Below the pieces are notes generated by a model. It did no database searches. It saw nothing but the letters and a program-made list of their open reading frames with translations, and was not told the origin of the DNA. DNA of 32,000 nucleotides, taken from NCBI GenBank assembly GCA_037441475.1, contig JBBISB010000001.1:456418-488417 (forward strand). Reading direction: 5' to 3'. The stretch's first letter is position 1; every line of letters starts with the position of its first letter. The translations under genes were made by a program, and so were the position numbers. Origin of the DNA: Candidatus Iainarchaeum sp. Its GTDB lineage: Archaea; Iainarchaeota; Iainarchaeia; Iainarchaeales; CSSED10-239. This document shows positions 28,410-32,000 of the stretch, in pieces.

Positions 28410-29555
28410 ATGGACTCAAAGAAGTTAGAAATTTTAAAGAATGATTTGGCCTCATCAAAGGATCAAAACAAAGAATTAGATGTTGACTTAGATGCAGTTC
28501 AAAACATTGTAAAAAAAATGAAACAGAAGGATAAAAACATCACTGCTGATTCATTATCTGAGGGTCATTTAAAGGAACTTAGAGAGGTTATTTCCCAAGG
28601 AAGGTTATCTCAACTTGATGTTGATGCTGAAAGTAAATTATCAGCTAATACAGATGGGACTTTAGAGAAGAGTGCTGCAAAGTACTATAGGCCTTTTAAA
28701 GGTTTAATTGATTCCATTATTCTTTATATTCTTAAAAACCCTATAGGTAAAAAGATTTCCTTTTATTTAACTTCTGCAAACTATAAAAGAACATTAATAC
28801 AGCATCTTGTAATCTCAACAATCTTTGCATTAATGTTATCTGCATTCTTTTCCATATTTTTATTATTTGTTTTTATAGTTGTTAAACCAATATGGGCTGT
28901 TTCAGTAATTTTTATTTGGGTTTTTTTATTTATTTTATTTATTTTTATTTTTGCATATTTAATACCAATGCAGAAAGCAAAAATACGTGGAGTATATATT
29001 GATATTGAACTTCCATTTGCTTTAAGGCATATTGCAACTGAACTTCAAGCTGGTATTGGTCTTTACAAGGTTTTACAGTCTGTTGCTGCAAATGATTATG
29101 GTGTTCTATCAGAGGAGATGAACAGAACAATCTTAGAGATTGAGAATGGTACAGACACAAAGACAGCTTTAAGACATGCTGCCTTAAGAAGTCAATCTAA
29201 AAACTATAATATAGCTTTATTCCATATTGTAAGAACCCTTAACACCGGTGGTAACCTTGCAAACACAATCAGTAGTGTTGCAGATACAGTTTCTTTTGAT
29301 CTTTTAGAGTCTGCTAAGACTTTTGGTGAAAAGATGAATTTTTTCGGAATTATTTTTATTTTCATAGCAATTGTTTTACCTGTTTTTGCAGCAATTTTAG
29401 GTGCAATTGCAAATGCTCCATTAGGTCAAGATGGTGCGTTATTTTTACCAGGTGTAATGACTCCATTAACTTTAACTTTAATTTACTGTGTAGCACTTCC
29501 AATAATATTTATCTTCTTAGTATACTATATTAAGATGATTGAACCAAAGATGTGA
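28410..29555 (+). CDS. Pilus platform protein with a T2SSF/TadC-like domain
   Basis: IELPFALRHIATELQAGIGLYKVLQSVAANDYGVLSEEMNRTILEIENG and TM segments. Confidence 0.88.
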   Translation: MDSKKLEILKNDLASSKDQNKELDVDLDAVQNIVKKMKQKDKNITADSLSEGHLKELREVISQGRLSQLDVDAESKLSANTDGTLEKSAAKYYRPFKGLIDSIILYILKNPIGKKISFYLTSANYKRTLIQHLVISTIFALMLSAFFSIFLLFVFIVVKPIWAVSVIFIWVFLFILFIFIFAYLIPMQKAKIRGVYIDIELPFALRHIATELQAGIGLYKVLQSVAANDYGVLSEEMNRTILEIENGTDTKTALRHAALRSQSKNYNIALFHIVRTLNTGGNLANTISSVADTVSFDLLESAKTFGEKMNFFGIIFIFIAIVLPVFAAILGAIANAPLGQDGALFLPGVMTPLTLTLIYCVALPIIFIFLVYYIKMIEPKM

Positions 29556-29562
29556 TTTAAGA

Positions 29563-30459
29563 ATGGCAAATACATTAACTAGATATCAAGTATTTTTATA
29601 TACTTTAAAAATAAAGATTCCAGCAAGGGTATGGATAACTTTAATATTTTTAGCAAGTTTCTTTTTAGGTGTTTTAGGGTACTTGATTGATCTTAAGATA
29701 GGTATGTTATTTTTTGTAAATGGTTTGGTTTTAGGTATTGGTCTTCCAATGTATATTTACTTTAATAAAATAAGAACTATTGAAAGATACTGGCCAGATG
29801 CCTTAAAGTTAATTGCAGACACCATGAAGGCAGGTTCTTCCTTTGATTATGCTTTAAGAGAGGTTTCTACTGCTGATTTTGGTCCTCTTTCCTTTGAGAT
29901 TAATGAGGCTATAAGAAGACTTGAAATGGGGGCCACCACGTCTGTTGCCTTAAGTTACTTATCTATGAGAATAGAGTCTAAGATAGTTAGAAGAACAATT
30001 ACTTTAATACAAGAATCATTAAGAACCGGTGCACAACTTGCAGATGTTTTAGATGAAATTGCAAACGACACTAAACAACTTTTCAGAGTAAAGAAAGAAA
30101 GACAAACAAAAACAATGCTTCAAACAATTTTTATTGTTGCAGCATCTTCAATAGTTGCTCCTTTCATTTTTGGAATGACAAGAGTAATTACTGGTTTTTT
30201 AACCGATATTGCAACCTCTTCAGGTATTGCTTCAGCAAAGGCTTTAGCAGTTTCTTTAGATGCTCAAAAAACAATTTTCTTTTTATTAGATATATATATT
30301 GTTATACAGATATTTGCAGCTTCTACAATGATAAGTGTTATGAGGGAAGGAGACTTAAGTTACATAGTTTTATTTTTCCCTGTCTTAATAACCATAGGTT
30401 ACATTGTTTATTTTTTAGCTCAATTTGCATTGAACTTAATGCTTTCAGGAATGGTTTAA
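29563..30459 (+). CDS. Second pilus platform protein with a T2SSF/TadC-like domain
   Basis: WPDALKLIADTMKAGSSFDYALREVSTADFGPLSFEINEAIRRLEMGATTS; ATG at 29563 is preferred over the upstream TTG at 29539. Confidence 0.87.
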   Translation: MANTLTRYQVFLYTLKIKIPARVWITLIFLASFFLGVLGYLIDLKIGMLFFVNGLVLGIGLPMYIYFNKIRTIERYWPDALKLIADTMKAGSSFDYALREVSTADFGPLSFEINEAIRRLEMGATTSVALSYLSMRIESKIVRRTITLIQESLRTGAQLADVLDEIANDTKQLFRVKKERQTKTMLQTIFIVAASSIVAPFIFGMTRVITGFLTDIATSSGIASAKALAVSLDAQKTIFFLLDIYIVIQIFAASTMISVMREGDLSYIVLFFPVLITIGYIVYFLAQFALNLMLSGMV

Positions 30460-30460
30460 A

Positions 30461-30640
30461 ATGAAGTCTAAGATAAAAAGATTAATTAAAGAGAATAAAG
30501 GACAAGTTTCCTTGGAGTTTATTATAGTTTTAGGAGTAGTTATCCTTGTTGCCTTAACTGTTGGTATTTTCTTGAAGCAGACTTCTTCAAAGAATGTAAG
30601 AACAGCAACAGAGTATCAAAAAAATTTTGACAATAGTTGA
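30461..30640 (+). CDS. Short pilin-like protein (59 aa), missing from the supplied ORF track
   Basis: MKSKIKRLIKENKGQVSLEFIIVLGVVILVALTVGIFLKQTSSKNVRTATEYQKNFDNS; class III signal peptide (KGQVSLEF + hydrophobic helix). Confidence 0.75.
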   Translation: MKSKIKRLIKENKGQVSLEFIIVLGVVILVALTVGIFLKQTSSKNVRTATEYQKNFDNS

Positions 30641-30793
30641 ATATGAGGGTTTGGATTAATGAAAAGAAACATATATAAATATATCGTATGTATTATTTTA
30701 ATTAATTTAGCATTACATTAAAGAAAATCTTAAATGAAAAGATTATACACTTTATGTGTGATATTTAAAAAAAATAAGAAAGGTGTTTAAAAA

Positions 30794-31315
30794 ATGAATA
30801 AAAAATATAAAGGACAAGGTGCTTTAGAGTATCTTCTTTTAATAGGCGGTGCAGTATTAATCGCTGTTATTGTTATTGCATTACTTGTTGGTATGGGTGG
30901 ACAATCAAGAGATTCTGCTGCAGCTCAAGCTGAAAAGGCAAATCAAGCAACAGATGTTCCTCAACCATCACAAATAGTACAAGTTTTAGCTCCATACGCT
31001 AATTGTGTTTCAGCAACAGGCGTTGCAGATTTTACCTTCTCATGGAGGCCTTTAGGTGAAGGTGGAAGTCACGAAGTTATCGTAAAAGATTCAAATAATA
31101 AGGAATATACCGGCGCTGATTTAACAGTTACAACTTCTGCAGGTGTTGCAATGGTTACTGATGATTTAAATCCAAACGAAGTAAATGGTTTAAATGTTGC
31201 ATTAACATTAGATGCTGGTAGCAAATGTGGTGACTCATACTACTTATATATTAAAACAACAAAGAATAACCAAACAGTAACATCACAAGGTTATAGATTC
31301 AGTTGGATTAATTAA
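30794..31315 (+). CDS. Type IV pilin-like protein with class III signal peptide and C-terminal Ig/FN3-like head
   Basis: MNKKYKGQGALEYLLLIGGAVLIAVIVIALLVGMGG; beta-rich C-terminus. Confidence 0.85.
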   Translation: MNKKYKGQGALEYLLLIGGAVLIAVIVIALLVGMGGQSRDSAAAQAEKANQATDVPQPSQIVQVLAPYANCVSATGVADFTFSWRPLGEGGSHEVIVKDSNNKEYTGADLTVTTSAGVAMVTDDLNPNEVNGLNVALTLDAGSKCGDSYYLYIKTTKNNQTVTSQGYRFSWIN

Positions 31316-31328
31316 GTAGTAAGTTAAG

Positions 31329-31360
31329 AATATAGCTTTTAAGCTATATTTTTTTATTTT
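31329..31360 (+). terminator. Hairpin plus T-tract after the first QGALEYLL pilin
   Basis: AATATAGCTTTTAAGCTATATT perfect inverted repeat (31329-31350) followed directly by TTTTTATTTT. Confidence 0.6.
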
Positions 31361-31507
31361 CACAAAAGTATTTTAAAAAAACAAAATCAGTTATTTAAAT
31401 TAAAACAATATCAGTAAAAAACCTAACAAAAATTAAAATTATATTTATTAAAGAAATATTATTAAAAAAATAAAAATTATAAAAAATTAAAAAGAGGCGA
31501 AAATATT

Positions 31508-31948
31508 ATGTTTTTTTCAAAAGACAAATCAAAAGGACAAGGTGCCTTAGAATATTTATTAATTATTGGTGGTGCACTTGTTGTTGCAGTAACAGTAATT
31601 GTTTTAGTTGTTAGTATGAGCGGATCTAATAGAGATAAAGTTGCTGCTCAAGATGAAACACTTTCACAAGTAATCGATAACACAATAACCCCTCCTATAG
31701 TAAACATTATAGATTGTACTACAACTCAAATTAGATTTACCTTAAATTCTAGTGATACTGTATTCAGTTATGTTGTTAACGGCGGGACTCCTACTACTGT
31801 GCCTGGAGCTGTAAATGGTGTTTACACAATTTCAGGAATTAGTCCGGCAGTAACTTCTGGTAATAGACATACTTTAACTGTAGCAACAGTTAAGGGCACT
31901 AAAATGTCAGCCTTCTCAAAACCAGCATCAACATGTAGAGTGCCATAA
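31508..31948 (+). CDS. Second type IV pilin-like protein with class III signal peptide and C-terminal FN3-like head
   Basis: SKGQGALEYLLIIGGALVVAVTVIVLVVSMSG; PPIVNIIDCTTTQIRFTLNSSDTVFSYVVNGG...TLTVATVKGTKMSAFSKPAS. Confidence 0.85.
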   Translation: MFFSKDKSKGQGALEYLLIIGGALVVAVTVIVLVVSMSGSNRDKVAAQDETLSQVIDNTITPPIVNIIDCTTTQIRFTLNSSDTVFSYVVNGGTPTTVPGAVNGVYTISGISPAVTSGNRHTLTVATVKGTKMSAFSKPASTCRVP

Positions 31949-32000
31949 ATATAAAATGAGTTTGAAACAAATATGATATATAAAAAATTACAAGATATTC

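Overview
AT-rich 32 kb window from an archaeal chromosome, probably a DPANN-type archaeon. The markers are archaeal: TFE, aTrm56, RfcS, CDC48-type AAA ATPase, e-MtaB-like methylthiotransferase, class III signal peptide pilins and an A1-U72 initiator tRNA. Intact blocks: a mutS-mutL pair (minus strand), a tRNA Phe/Lys/Lys cluster, tfe, tRNA-iMet, an orphan-gene segment ending in a PRC-barrel protein and a Xer-type recombinase, a cobO-like / B12-dependent RNR (nrdJ) / dUTPase cassette, cdc48, topA, an Lrp/AsnC regulator, an e-MtaB-like gene, rfcS, and a type IV pilus locus (ATPase, two TadC-like platform proteins, three pilin-like proteins). The strongest unexplained signal is a set of ten exact GTAATTAC palindromes at 8107-9170. 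Seven of them fall in two subarrays with 30-32 bp (about three helical turns) spacing. They flank a small gene encoding an apparent amphipathic N-terminal helix, a linker and a winged-helix-like C-terminus. This is a candidate membrane-tethered DNA-binding / segregation / anchoring or replicon-type module. Four loci look like relics with several frame disruptions (a gene at the left edge, aTrm56, a PLP-dependent enzyme, a SpoIIM-like protein), although all long housekeeping ORFs are intact. All assignments come from reading the sequence by eye; no database search was run.
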